Source: Torpedo marmorata (Eukaryota). From it: DNA of 64,000 nucleotides. A model generated the notes under the pieces. It searched no databases. It saw nothing but the letters and a program-made list of their open reading frames with translations, and was not told the DNA's origin. The stretch is taken from contig OZ360225.1 in NCBI GenBank assembly GCA_977017645.1, forward strand, positions 138,260,001-138,324,000. The letters are read 5' to 3'. The position numbers and the translations under genes were made by a program. Positions within the stretch are counted from its first letter, which is position 1; each line of letters opens with the position of its first letter. Of the stretch, positions 23,568 through 37,811 are shown one piece after another.

Positions 23568-26500
23568 GAACAAAACAAGTTAGTGTGAGGTCTGTTAAGT
23601 CTCAGATGTTTCACTGCCTGTGTATTGTGATAGAAAGCTGGTAACCTGCCTCTAAACATATGGCTTTGTTAACAGGCTGTGCTGTCAGAGTCTGTATTTC
23701 CCTAGTTGTCGCAGGCTTCACTATTAACTCACTTTCAGAAATCAATGTCACCCAGGAGCCACTGCTTTCTCTGCAGATCACCACGCTGCTTTGTCTTGTC
23801 AGAGTATTGATCTTTTGTGACAACGGGAACCAAGCTATGAAACCGGATGGAGGGAGCATCAGCAGCAGATCAAACTATGGTGCACAGGTGGATGGGAAGG
23901 GAATGTGGTGATGATGGTGTTCCCACTTTTACTGTGTAGTTTATTTTCAGGAGAGGAGGGATATAACATCATCACAGAGGGGAAGTCTCACACTCCAGTG
24001 ATTGTGAGCAGGAGTTCCTGGGTCAATGGCACAGAGGACAAATTGACCTGAGGGCAGGAGATTCTGTACTTCTTGTCCTGGGATTGTAACTATGTTAATT
24101 CTCCACCTTACAAAAAGGAACGAAGACCAGCATCTTCTTACCATGACAATCATCGTCTTTCTTTGCTTCTCTGCATTATTGGCGACCAAATGGCTCTTCA
24201 CATTCACTCAACCTCTTGGAAGAACTTGGGCCAACAAATGAAATTGCAGAATCTCAGTGATCCATTGCAGCTGCTGGAAAGCTTATAGATCAATTAAAGC
24301 ACTTCACGGAAGCATCAATTAAAAAAATAAAACGGCACCAAGCTACATTATAGATATGAAGATCAAAGACGGACAAGTAGAGAGGGTTTTAACGTGTTTT
24401 GAAGAAGGGGGGTGGACAGTGAAGTAAGTGCTAGAGGTAACAAAGGCATGAGGAGTGTGGGGTTCAGGCAGCGAGCTGCCACAAGGATCTAGCAGGAGGC
24501 CTTAATGGAACAGCCGCTCCCTCTCCCTAAATGCAATGTTAACCATTCAAGTAAAAAAAATCTCCAGCTACAGGAATAACCTTATAAGGCAAGAAGTGCA
24601 AAGGCATCCAGAAATCTTTTGGCAGATGGATAGAAATCTGATCTTTTTGGGTCCTTCCAAGGGATCTTACTTTAAATATCAATGCAATAAATTGTAATGT
24701 ACTGCCTGGATATATTCTGGTCAGCGAGAGTTAGATCGTCCTTCCGCATTCTGATCTCACAGGCATGTGGATATCATTGCTTAGAAAAAGACAGTCTCTG
24801 TGTAATTTTGAGCACCCGATTACAGATAGGGCATGAAATCCATGGAATAAAGGCACTGTCATCAGAATGATAGCTACAAGGAAAACATTAGCGACTGGAA
24901 TGTTCCCATTGGAACAGAGGAAATTCAGTCTGAAAAGGAGTTTCAATGGAGTGAATGGGGGAAGTCTATTTCCTTGCTGGTGACAGAGACCCTAACGTAC
25001 TTGGAAAGTGCTGAAAAATGAAAGAAGAAATGGACTTTGACAAGAAATTGCTGTCAGATTCACCCTTTACAGAAACAACGATAAATATCTGAGGACTAGA
25101 GAGAGAATGCAGCATAGAGAATATAATTAGCAAATGAATGTCACCACAGATAGTGTGAGGTAGCATATTTTGATAAGAATATATATAATCTGAAAAGTCA
25201 CCCCTAGCTCGGGTGAGGGGGAAGAGGGATTAGTGAGTATAGATGCACAGATCACTGATGGAAAGGGTTAACAAGAGAAACAAAATCCAAAGGCTTATTT
25301 CTAAGGAGAATTGAAAAAGAGAATAATTATGTGAAACTTGGTTCGAGCAGAACCAGGTACTGTGTACAGTTTTGGTTGGTAGATTATGTGAGGAAGATCT
25401 GCAAGGATGATACCAAAATTGCAAGATTACATCCATCAAGAAAGATCGAACATGCTGCGGTGCTTTTCCTTAAAGGCTGATAGCTTCTTAAAATTAGCTG
25501 CTAAGCTGCCTGCTTGCACATTCCAGCTTTCAGCTCTCTATTCTCACAGAAACATAAGGTCATGCAGCATGGAAACAGGCCATTTGGCCCAACATGTCCA
25601 CTTGGATACTTGCTCCATACCCCTCTATCCTCAAGCAAAGGGTGAACAAAATGAGAGCAAAACTTGTGGCCTCAAAATGACAGCCATCAAGAGATGTGAA
25701 ACAAAATGAAACCTTCTACCAGACTGCTCCTCAGCCACAGAGAGCCCGTCTGCTCCGACACCTTTATTCTCTGGGGATGTTTTGCTTAGTTTATTTCGGT
25801 TACCCCGGTGTTCACTTAAGAGAGAGCTCTTTATAAACTGAAGCTTTCAATCAGAATTTGAACTTCGGAAACTCTGCAATGAAATATTTATTGAGATTTT
25901 AGTTGTTATAAATGTATTCATGAACTTTCACAGTTTCAAACGAAAGAGTTAGAAAAACACACAATCTCAGGAGAAAGACTTCATCTAAGAAGAGAAGCAG
26001 TTAAAAGCTGGCAAAGCAGGCTGTGGAGATTGGCCAGTCTGTGATTCCGTTGTAGATTATCCGGCAGTCGTCTGGAGCCTCGACACTGAGCGTCACATTT
26101 GGCCTTGTAATCATTTTTAAAGGAACAGGGATGGATACAAACCTCTGGCACTTGATTGGCTTGAAGGGGTTGGTAACTGACATCATGAGATGTGTAATAG
26201 AACTCTATGGTTCTTCAGACACAGCCCTCTGGGTCCAGACTCCCTGCTTTCCACAGAACTCCATCCGTTCCTATATGGGAGCCCCACCCAAGCAGCCAAG
26301 CTGCCTGCTCACAGATTCGAGCTTTCATCTCTCTTTGATCGACTATCCTCGTAGAAACATTGGGTCATGCAGCATGGAAACAGGCCATTCGACCCAACAT
26401 GTCCACACTGGCCAGTGGGTGCCCCTCCGTATTAAGCCTATTGCCCAGCACTTGGCCCCTTCCTCTCTACGCCAAGGTGATTCAAGTGGCCATCTGGATG

Positions 26501-26885
26501 TTTGTTAAATGCCGTCAGTGATCCAGCTTCGATCACTCTCTCAGGCTTCATTGCTTCATCACACTTTGGATGATGAAGATCCTCATATCACCTCTAAATT
26601 TCCTCCTTCTAATTCTTCTAGTTTTATTTACCTCTGACATGGTGTCCTCTCCTTATCTCCTCTAATTGAGGGAGACCTGATCCAGCTACTCTTCACAACT
26701 AAACAGTTCCATCACAGGTAACGTCCTGGTGAATCTCCTCTGCATCCTCTCCAGCACTATCATCTCCTTCCTATACCTTGGTGACAGGCTGACCAAGGTC
26801 TTATAAAGTTGGAGCATAAACTCCCTACTTCTGTAATGCAATGCCCTGATTAACGAAGGCTGCTAGTATCCCATGTTCTTTCTTA

Positions 26886-28036
26886 ACTGGCTCTCCACTC
26901 AACTCTGGATCACCTAGACAACAGCAACACATACATCCGGCTACTGTTCATTGACTACAGCTCAGCCTTCAACACCACCATTCCCTCAGTGCTGGTCAAC
27001 AAGCTCCAAAACGTCTGCACCCCCCTCTGCAACTGGATCCTTGACTTCCTCATCGGAAGATCACAGTCAGCATGAATTGGAAACAACATCTCTTCCTCAC
27101 TGACGATCAACACAGGCGCACCTCAAGGATGCGTGCTTAGCCCACTGCTCTACTCACTCTACATCCATGACAGTGTGGCTAGGCACAATTCAAATGCCGT
27201 CTACAAATTTGCCGAAGATACCACAATCTTTGGCAGAATTACAGACGGCAATGAGGAAGCATACAGGAGGGAGATAGATCAGCTAGTTGATTGGTGTCAC
27301 AACAACAACCTTGCTCTCAACATTAGTAAAACCAAGGAGCTGATTGTGGACTTCAGGAAGAAATCAGGAGAAAATGAACCAGTACTCATCAAAGGGTCAG
27401 CAGTGGAGAGGGTCAAGAACTGCAAATTCCTGGGTTTCAACATCTCTGAGGATCTGTCCTGGGGCCTCCATGTCGATGCAATCATGAAGAAGGCTTGCCA
27501 GTGGCTATACTTCATGAGGAGATTGAGGAGATTCGGTATGTCGCCAAAGACTTGAAAATTTCTACAGGTGTACCGTGGAGAGCAATCTGACTGGTTGCAT
27601 CACTGTCTGGTATGGAGGTGCCAACGCACAGGACAGGGAAAAAACTCCAGAGAGTTGTTAACTTGGTCAGCGACATCACGGGCACCAGACTTCACTCCAT
27701 CAAGGACATATTCAAGAGGTGGTGTCTTAAGAAAGCAGCCTCTATCTTCAAGGGCCCCCACCACCCAGGCCATGCCCCCTTCACACCGCTACCATTAGGA
27801 AGGAGGTACAGGAGCCTGAAGATGAACACCAGGTGGCACAAGGACAGCTTCTTCCCCTCCGCCATCAGATTTCTGCATGGACAACGAACCACAGACACTA
27901 CCTCACTTTCTCCTATTTTCTTGCACTATTTCTTTATTTTTGAAACATAATTTATAGCAATATTTGCACTGTAATGCTGCTGCAAAACAACAAATTTCAT
28001 GACATGTTCATGACAATAAATTCTGATTCTGATTCT
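26886..28036 (+). mobile_element. Rex1/Babar LINE, 5'-truncated, nested in an older minus-strand CR1 (~26350-28990)
   Basis: Same family as 16391-18793 ([15 protein letters not shown]); tail aataaattctgattctgattct; taact at both junctions. Confidence 0.85.
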
Positions 28037-29764
28037 AACTACATTGACATATTCAACAATCTATGGAGTCTGAGGCCTTCTGCCCCTCAATGATCCCTAA
28101 AGCCTGACTATTCATGGTATATGTCCTATCCTTATTAGTGCTCCCAAAATGCATCACCTCATATTTATCTAAATTAATCTCTGCCTGCCATATAGAAGCC
28201 CATGTCACCAACACAGTGATACGTCACTGCACCCTCCACATTATCAACAACTCTGTCAATCTTCATGTCATCTGGCCTTGCCTCCCACATCGATATCGAA
28301 GTCATTCATCTATATTACAAAGAGCAAGGGTTCTAGCACTGATCCTTGTGGATGTCACAGACATCTCTGTCTCCTATTGCCGAGTTGATTTTTGATCCTG
28401 TTTGTCAATTTACCTTGGATCCAATGGGCCATAACCTTTCAAATTAGTCACAGAAATATCCATGTAAATCACATCTACTATCCTGTCCTTGTTGATACAC
28501 TGTGTTACCTCTTGAAAAGATTCAATCAAATTGGATGGGCAGGATCTTCCCTTGACAAAGCCATTCTGGCTGTCTCTGATTAGTCCATCTCTTTCTAAGT
28601 GAATATTAATCCTCTTCCCTCAGAACTTTTTCCAGTATCTTCTCTACCACTAATGTTAGACTCACAGGTCTATAGTTACCAGGCTTTTCCCAGCTGCCTT
28701 TCTTGAAAAACAGGGACCATGTTTGCGGTTCTCCATTCAGCTGGTATCTTCCTTGTCACCAGTAATTACTTCCCTTGCCTCCCATAGGAGCTGGCGATAA
28801 ATACCACCCAGTTCTAGTGATTTATCCATCTTTAAGCCTGCTGAGTATCTCTTCTATATTTTGGGAGACCTGCATTGGACATTCACCAACCCTTTCATTG
28901 TTTCTCAAACTGGAAAGTCTGTCTCCTTTGTAAAATATGATGAAAGATATTGATTTAGCACCTCACCTATACTTTCTGGCTCCTGTTGTTCCTCATGGGC
29001 CCTACTACAGAGAAGCAGGACCTTTGGCCTGCTGAAATCTGTGTTGACCATCAACCACCCATTTTGCCAACCCTACATGAATCACATTTCATTCTCCCCA
29101 TGTTTCCTCCAACTCCCACCCTCCGCCCCCCCCCCCCACCTCCCCCCAGCCACCACAAGATTCTACTCCTCACCTACACATAACAGACAATAAGCAGTGG
29201 CCAATTAACCCACTGACTCTCCAGATCAATAGACAACACGTGAAATTGGATGAAAGTGGAATATTTCCTGCTGTTGATGAACATTTTCAACTTGCTTTCA
29301 TTGAGTGTTCCCATTCTTCAACAACAGGAGGCAAGTGTTTGTTTTCTGAAGTTAACTTTGCAGTTGTCCTGGGTGTGAAGTTTTAGACCGTGAAAATCGA
29401 AAAAAGTGTCAGACAACCACTTGAAAGCAGCCTGACAACTACGACCAGTATCACACCCCCCCCCCATTCCCCCTCCCCCCCGCATGGACCAGGCCACACA
29501 TTTGACATCAGTGTGAAGCTGAAACACTTAACAAACTATACAAACCCTGCTCCATTAACCAGAGTACAGGCTACTGTGGGAGAGCACTGGTCTCTACACA
29601 GCACTTGCAATGCCCAGTGAAGCACTTCCACTTTAAATGCTATACACATTCTGACCCCAGACTGATAGTGCAGGCAGTGCCTAGCTGAAGGTTTTGTGGT
29701 GTTCACAAAATAAGAAGCAGACTTCACATCTTTAGTACAGAAACAAAAGAAGACAATCCAGAGG

Positions 29765-30282
29765 ACGCTTACAAGAATGATTCCAAGGATGAGAGGTTTA
29801 ACATAAGCAAAACGCTTGATGGCTCTGGGCCTGTACTTGCTGGAGTTTAGAAGGATGGGGGGGGGGGGTGGGGGGGGGGAGGGGTGTGGGGGGGGGGGGG
29901 TGAGGAAATCTTATGGAAAAATACCGAACATTAAAAGGGGTGCATGGAGTTTATGAGGAGAAGATATTTCCAGTAGTGGAAGCATTAAGGACCAGAGGGT
30001 ACAGCCACAGAATATAAGGACATACCTTAAAGGACAGAGATGAGGAGAAATTTCTTCAGGTGGTGAATCTGTGGAATTCATTGCCACAGACAACAGCCTC
30101 CATATCTTGGGTGGATTTAAAGTGGAAGTTGATAGTTTCTTGATTAGTCAGGGCATCAAAGGTTATGGGGAGAAGGTAGGAAAATGGGATTGAAAGGAAG
30201 TAAACATCAGCCATGATTTGAATGGCAGAGCACACTAGATGGGCCAAATGGCCTATCTCTGGTCTTGTTTCTTATGGTCTTA
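29765..30282 (+). mobile_element. CR1 3' fragment with expanded poly-G
   Basis: CR1 C-terminal and tail sequence (cagccatgatttgaatgg..gatgggccaaatggcc). Confidence 0.7.
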
Positions 30283-31158
30283 TAGCTGCAGATGAGATGA
30301 GAGTTTATTGTCATATACTGTACATAAGTACAATGTACAGATGCAATGAAATTCTTACTTGCTGCAGCCACACAGGTACATTAAATACACCAATCAGAAG
30401 AGTATACATTAAATTATCACAATATGCCAAGACAGAAAATGATAATAAATATAAAGGATAGATAAATAATATTCACAGTTGCAGTTCATGCAAGAAAAAA
30501 AGTGCCATTTCAATAGTGCAGACATCTATCACTTGGTGGTCCCAGAGTAGCTTACGGTCGAGGTTAGGATAGTGCGGTCTAAAAGCTGTTGCACAGATGA
30601 GAAGTTGTTAGAACTCATTCTCAATATCTTTCTCGATAGAGGGTCACGACCTGAAATGTTGACTGGCCAATTCTCTCCATGGAATCCACCTCTTTCCCTT
30701 TGAAACATCATCCAAGTCACATGGTGTCTTCTTAATCTTTACACCACCATTCATCATCTTCTATGTCTCCATCTGAAATTAGTTGTTAGTTATGTGCCCA
30801 TTCTACAAAGTTATTATTTTAGATGAATGAGAGGTGATCTCATTGACACATATAAATACTGACAGGACAAGACAGGTTAGATGCAGGAAGAATATTACCA
30901 ATGTTGGGGAAGCCCAGAACAAGGAGTCACAGTCTAACGATAAGGGGTAGTCCATTTAGGACTGAGATGAGGAGAAACATCTTCACTCGGAGAGTTGTGA
31001 ACTTGTGGAACTTCCAGACGTAAAGTGAACCCATACAAGCAGCAGGTCCAGATATCATACCTGGTCGGGTGCTGAAGGTCTGTGGCCCAGCTGACGGAGG
31101 TAGTAATGGACATCTACAACATCTCACTGTAACAGATGTAGGTTGTAGCGTAGGATCC

Positions 31159-31711
31159 TTTTTTTTTTTTTTGAATATTTTATTTGTATTTTTTAAAGCG
31201 AAACATATTATCAATAACAAAAAAATACATAATCAAATATAATATTCGTCTGTTGACTATTATACTAAAAAACAACAACAAAATTACAAACAAAGAAAAA
31301 CCCACCCACCCAATTCCCCCCTAAAAGAAAAAAAAAAGAGAGGAATAGAATAAGAAAAGGTTGAAATAGAAAAGGAAAGAAGACGTTGGAGGTTCGTCGC
31401 CCACCCCGCAGGCTTAAATTACTTGGCATACCCTGATTTTTGAAGAGGAAACGGACATAGGTCCTGGAGGTGAGGGGGGGCCTGGTTATAGATTTACAGC
31501 CATGTGTTGTAAATATGGAGTCCAAATCTTTAAAAATATATCATATCTATTTCTTTTTTTTTCTTTTTTTCTTTTTTTATTTTATTTAAATTTTTAAATC
31601 ACAAAATACATAGAATAAAATGCATATATTTGAAAATACATGTGATATACATTTTCTCCCCCCCTTCCCACCCTCCCCTCCCTAACCCCTACATCCCCAC
31701 TACTCTTTAAA

Positions 31712-31750
<39 letters not shown>

Positions 31751-32494
31751 TATAGTAAAAGAGAAAAAGTAAAAAGAAAGATAGAAAAATAGAGTGAGGA
31801 GAAAACAAGCTACAAACTAATTCTACCATAGAGGTTATTTTCGCCAGTGGATCCGATATCCAGAGAATTTAAATTGTTAAACCCATAATTCTCATATATG
31901 GGCCCCAAATTTTCAAGAAAAAATGATATTTATTATGCAAATTATAGGTAATTTTTTCTAATGGTATACATGAACGTAATTCTGCATGCCATCTTTCTAA
32001 ATTTAAATCTACATCTGACTTCCAAGTAATAGCTATACACTTTTTCGAAACTGCTAAAACTATACGTAAAAATTCTACCTGATACATATTTAATCTATTT
32101 CTAATACTAAATTTTCTAATATCTCCAAATAAAAATAACATAGGATCCATCGTAAACACAACATTAAAAATTCTCTCTAAAAAATTCTTAACTTTCAACC
32201 AAAAGTCTTGAATTTTTGAACATAACCATGTACAGTGAACAAAAGAGCCCATTTCACTCTTACATCTAAAACACATGTCTGATAATGCTGGATTAAATTT
32301 CTTTAATTTTTTAGGTGTTAAATATAATTGATGAAAGAAATATCATATCTATTTCTAAGATTATAGGTAACCTTCTCAAGGGGAACACAACTGTACATTT
32401 CCTCATTCCATCTTGTCATACCTAGATGGGAATCAGACTTCCATGTGACTGCTATACATTTCCTGCCCACCGTCAATGCGATCTCCACAAATTT
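31159..32494 (-). mobile_element. L1-clade 3' fragment containing a second, younger L1 insertion (31555-32339)
   Basis: Two T-rich tails on + (31159, 31555). Inner ORF CFRCKSEMGSFVHCTWLC (CCHC). 17-bp TSD atatcatatctatttct at 31538 and 32340. Confidence 0.85.
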
Positions 32495-33365
32495 GTAGCA
32501 TAGGTTTCAAGGCAGCCACCATCATCCTGGTGCCCAAGAAAGCGACAGTAACCAGGCTAAATGACCAGGCCAGTGGTACTGACATCTATGATCATGAAGT
32601 ATTTGAGCAGCTGGTGATGGAATGTATCAAAGCACCTTCCAGTGACATTGGACCTGTTCCAGTTTGCCTACCATCTAAACCGGTCCACAGATGATGTAAT
32701 GGCCGTGACCCTCCACTCCATCATGACCCACCTAGAGAACGATGGCTGTTGTTCATTAACTTTAGCTCGGCATTTAACACACTCATACTTTAGAGGCTGG
32801 TGGATAAACTGTCCTCGCTGGGACTTAACACCCCTCTCTGCAACTTGATTCTGGACCTCTTGATGGAAAGACCACAGACTGTCTAGGTTGGCAGCAAATC
32901 CTCAAGCCCCATCACGCTGAGCACTGGCGCACCTCAGGGCTGTGTGCTCAGCCCAACACTGTTCATGCTGCTGACTCACAACAGCACTGCCAGATTCAGT
33001 TCTAACAGAATAATCAAATTTGCATTGATACAGCAGTAGTTCACCTCATCAGCAAGAGTCGCATTATAGAGAGGAGCATAAAAGGCTTGTAAAATGGTGT
33101 GAGAACAACAACCTGAGTCTCAACGTGGACAAGACAAAGGAGATGATTGTGGACTTCAGGAGGGAGAAGGCCAACCATTCTCCACTGCATATCAACGGTT
33201 CCGTCATGGAGAGAGTGGAGAGCAGAAAGTTCCTTGGTGTGCATATAGGAACGACCTATCCTGGACTCACAACACCTCCTTATTAGTCGGGAAGGCACAG
33301 CAATGCCTACACTCCCTAAGGAGGCTGAGGAGGGCAAGGTATCAGCCCCCATCTTGACAACCTTT

Positions 33366-34288
33366 TACAGGAGTAAAACACGAAAGTCTGCAAACACCAT
33401 GATTGAAGTAAAAACACAATGCTGGAGAAACTCAGCAGGTGAGACCGTGTACTTTATATAGCAAAGGTAAAGATACATAACCAATGTTTCAGGCTTGAGC
33501 CCTTCATAAAGGTATGAGCACAATGTAGGCAGGCACCCCAACAAAATTGTGGAGAGGAGGGGCAGGAGGAAGATCACAGGCCCACAGGCAGGAGGTAAAA
33601 TGTGAATAAGGGAGGGAGGGCGTAACAGCAAACAGGGGGAGGGGGGGTGGCTCTGTGAATGGAGAGGGAAGGGGGTAGAGAGCTGGAGGAGAAGGGAGAG
33701 TGAGTTAGCAGAAACCGGAGAAGTCAATGTTAATGCCATCTGGTTGGAGAGTGCCCAGATGGAATATTAGGTGTTGCTCCTCCAATTTAAGGGTAGCCTT
33801 GGTTTGACAGTACATGAGGCCATGGACCAATATGTCAGCATGGGAGTGGGGCAAAGAATTAAAACAATTGGCCACTGGGAGATCCCTGTCATTGATGTGG
33901 ACAGAGTGAAGGCGTTCAGCGAAGCGATCTCCCAGCCTGCGTCAGCCTATCCAATGTAGAGAAGGCCACAAAGGGAGCACCGGATGCAGTAGATGACTCC
34001 TGCAAATTCACAAGTGAAGTGTTGCTTCACTTGGAAGGGCTGTTTGGGGCCCCGAATGGTAGTGAGGGAGGAGGTGTGGGCGCAAGTGTGGCACGTCCTG
34101 TGGTCACAGGGGAAGGTGCCAAGGGGGCGACTGGTGGGAAGGGATGAGTGGACAAGGGAGTCATGGAGTGAGCCTGTGGGCCTGTGCTCCTCCCCCTGCC
34201 CCTCCACTCCACCATTTTGTTCCGGTGCCTGCCTACATTTTGCTCATATCTTGATGAAGGGTTAAAGCCCGAAATGTTGGTTATGTAC
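33366..34288 (-). mobile_element. Penelope-like element with inverted 5' terminal-repeat piece
   Basis: TFPCDHRTCHTC...FQVKQHFTCEFAGVIYCIRCSLCGLLYIG (GIY-YIG). Minus-strand terminal repeat 33370-33700, plus-strand copy 34170-34288. Confidence 0.85.
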
Positions 34289-37200
34289 AGAATCAGGACT
34301 GCCAGGCTGGGGAATAGTTTCTTCCTGCAGGTTGTGAGACTGATGAACAGTATCCTGTAACCGTGTAAATCATCCCAAATATTTAGATTTTTTTTATTAT
34401 TTATGTGATCAAAATGTACGGTGTATTGTGTGTTTTTGTGCTTGCACCATGGTCTGAAGAGATGCTGTTTTGTCGGGTTGTATTTGTACAATCAGATGAT
34501 AATAAACTTGAACTTTATTGAAGCCAGTTCATTTGATATATTCAAAAAGGAGTCAGATATGGCCATTGTGGCTAAGGGGTCAAGGGGTATGGTGAGAAAG
34601 CAAAAATTATGTCATGTGATCAGCCATGATCGTACTGAATGGTGGTGTAGGCTGGAAGGGCTGAATGGCCTTTGATCCTACTTTCTGTGCTTCTATGTCT
34701 CTTTGCATTATCACACAACGCAGGACATGTGGAGGAATGGCCGTTTCCCACAGCTTAGTGCGAACATGTCCCTGTCTTGCAGTCATGGTGTCAGTTTGCC
34801 TGGGTGTGGTGATGAGGGGGTGATGCTTTACCAGAGGTTTAGAAACTTGTCCTTTTTAAAAACCCAAGGCTGTTCTTCTCACTGTGAACAAGGGTGACAA
34901 CTGCCAGCTTACTGATCACACCTACTACCTCCATCTTCAGGTCATTAGTGTAGAATACAGTGAGGGTCGGAATATGTATCTCTGTGCTACACCAATGATC
35001 ATAAACACAACGTCCACCATGACTAGGCGGATCTAGAATCACGTTTGCGATTTGGCCCTGGATCCCACTGGCTATCACCTTGTGGAACCTTGTCAAAGGC
35101 CCGTCTGAAGTCCAAGTGGACAACATAAACCACACTGCCGCCAAAACACATTTAGTCACTCCCTGAAAAGATCCACCAACTTGGTCAGGCAGGCACCGTG
35201 CGGAGCATCCCTGATCCACCCAGTGTCCACACCCCGGGCACACGTTAACCCTCTCCCTCAGAGTGCTTTCCGCCACTTTGCGATCACTTATCTCGTTGCC
35301 CTTTATGAGCCCTTACTTTGCTCAAACTAACTGCTGCGTTTCCTACCAAGAACTTCCAAGGGCACATCGCTGCCCGAGGACGTGAACGGCGCTACAAAAA
35401 CGATTGTCGAAAAGTAAAATAAATCCTGCAGCTGCTGGAAACCTGATGCAGAGGAGAATGTTAGAAACGTTCGGCAGGTGAGAGGCAGCGATGGTGGGGA
35501 AGGTGTGATAAAGGATCAAGTCATGGTGTGATCGATCAGTGGATCGGCGCGAGGGGCCGAATGGCCTCCTGCTGCTACCTGTTCTGTACTCTTGTCCGCC
35601 GCCACATCTGTGGATAATTCCTTCCGGGACCGCTGCCTCGTGCGCTCCACAGAGTGTTTGAGAGGATTAAACTGCACCCAACGTTCTGGCGAAATGTTAC
35701 AATCCTCATCAGTGAAATTAACCCAGCGCCCGTCCGCTGCCTGGCAAACCACATTAGTGCTGTCAGCGCGCCAACAACCTGCAAAGCCCGTTCATTTCAC
35801 TTGGACCTTGTGCGTGTCTCAAGCTCTTAGGCAATTAGCGAGCGGGCTGACATCAAACACAGAGCCCAGCATGGGGCCGGACTAATTAGTCCTATCAGCT
35901 GAGAGTTCCCGGAAATGTCGGCAGGAGCTGTCGGTACATCAGCGTTCAGTTCACCCTCTGAACAAATTCTCGGCTCTAAACATCATCAGAAGTTCCCTGC
36001 AGATTCTGGCCTTGCGCAGCGAGCTGTTGGTGCTGAGCGGTTCATGAGCGGTTCATGAGGGAAGGGCGACAATTCAATCCCGTCCTCCCCGTTTCCCTGA
36101 CCAAGGGACTGGGGTCTGAACTCAGACTGGCCTCAGTGCGCTCCTTCGACCCGCACTCGGGACCCAACGCCCGGAGAGCCGGGTCTCCACGTGGACCGGA
36201 CTTGTTGCCAAGTTCACGGCCATCTGAAGCAACTCCGAGCCGTGAGCGGCGGCTAATTTGTCCTCGCACGTGGTCCTCAAATCTGTGGATTCAGGCAATG
36301 ATGTTCAGAAAATTGGGGTGACTGAGCACAGAGACATCCCACTGAGCTCTACCACTCTTACAATCAGCAAATCCTTCCCGGAAACCTTCACATTTTAAAC
36401 TCTTCCCTGCTTTTTCCTTTGTCACAAGAAATTCGGCCACCGGTCCTGCTCTGCGTCTGAACAACATGGTAGCTGGCTTCCACGTTGCCATCACGTTCCT
36501 GCTCTAACCCTCAACTCACTCAATATCCCAAACTCGGTACATTTGGACGTCGGCCTCCCGGCAGGAGCAGCCAAGACCCCTCGTGTCTCTTGGATGCAGA
36601 ATTCCTCCTCAGAGGGAGAAAAACCTCTCACCCCAGTCCAGATTGATGGCCGCAGCCACCCCGTCCAGTCCCCTCGGGATTTCCTCCCAATGGACCGTGT
36701 AAAGAGCAGAATTAGCCATTCGGCCCATCGAATTTGTTCCGCCATTCAAATTATGGATGATGTATTTTTCCTCAACCCCATTCTCCTGCCTTCCAATAAG
36801 CTAGGAAGAGACTTTCCTCCATTTCTCCCCCTCTCATGCTCGCCTTTCTTTTCCGTTTTCTGCTCTGATTTTAGTCGCCTCGCTTCCTCTCCGGATGTGA
36901 AGGCGATGGCCCCACTAATCTCTGGTCTGTCTCCGCTCTCCCGGAGCAGCTAGCTAAGTGTGCAAAAGACCGACCGACGAGCGGAGGGAGGAGGCAAGAA
37001 TTTGACGAACTCGGAGCCACGTTTGAGTGCTTTGGGTATTTACAACCCTTGCTTCACGTTACGTCGTAACAAGTCATAGATTCGGTCCCTGTCCGACCGC
37101 ACTCTGAGCTTCCATGGACAGGTTCGCCCGGGGAGCTCAGAGCCTATCCATGGAAGGCCCTGAACATCCCCGGAAGTCAGCGAACACTGGGCCGTGTGCC

Positions 37201-37811
37201 CTGACAGGACCCAGATTGGGGCCTGTTCCCTACCCCAAAGAGAGGTGGTGGGGACTCGGGTTTGACACCAGGTTGCTTGGCGCTCGAGTCAGCGAGATGG
37301 GCTTCACTGCATTGTGCTTTCACTTGTCCAATCTCACGCGAGATAGAAAGCTTTGCATGTCTGTAGCCACGGGACTTCGCAACATGTCACAACGTATGTC
37401 TGAAGTGCGATCTGAACGTGGGAGTGCACAGCAAGCTCCCACAAAACGTCGGACAGTGACCGAAAACACGAGTCACGTTGGCCTCCTCTGGGTAGGACAC
37501 GGATTGTAACTTCGGTTATGGGTTCAGAGGCAACTTAATATTCCCGACAATGGGAAACCTCATTAAAAAGTGGATAGTGCAACACGACCTTCCACTCAGG
37601 GACAGAAAATTGAATCAAATGGAAGAGATACTGCCGCGGGTGGGGTGGAAGGAGGCAATTATGGTGGCGTTGAAAAATCATTCGGTAGGAACATGAACAG
37701 ACAGGGAATGAAGGATATGACCATGTTCAGGTAGATGGGATTGGTTTAAACTGGCACACTAACAACACAGACAGAGAGGCCATTCAGATCACCGTGTCTG
37801 GGCCTGATTTA

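Larger units (their letters stand above)
30825..34700. mobile_element. Nested cluster: CR1(+) > Rex(+) > [L1(-) > L1(-)] plus Penelope(-)
   Basis: CR1 pieces 30825-31010 and 34516-34700; Rex pieces ~31010-31158, 32495-33365 and 34285-34515; inner elements listed separately. Confidence 0.75.

Noticed and set aside
23570-26200. Unique-looking blocks (23570-23880, 25990-26200; also 5850-6250) as enhancers or exons
   Set aside because: No recognisable coding frame and only isolated motifs; cannot be supported without conservation data.
29857-29900. Long poly-G as a functional G4 element
   Set aside because: Expansion of a G-run inside a CR1 remnant; homopolymer length is unreliable.
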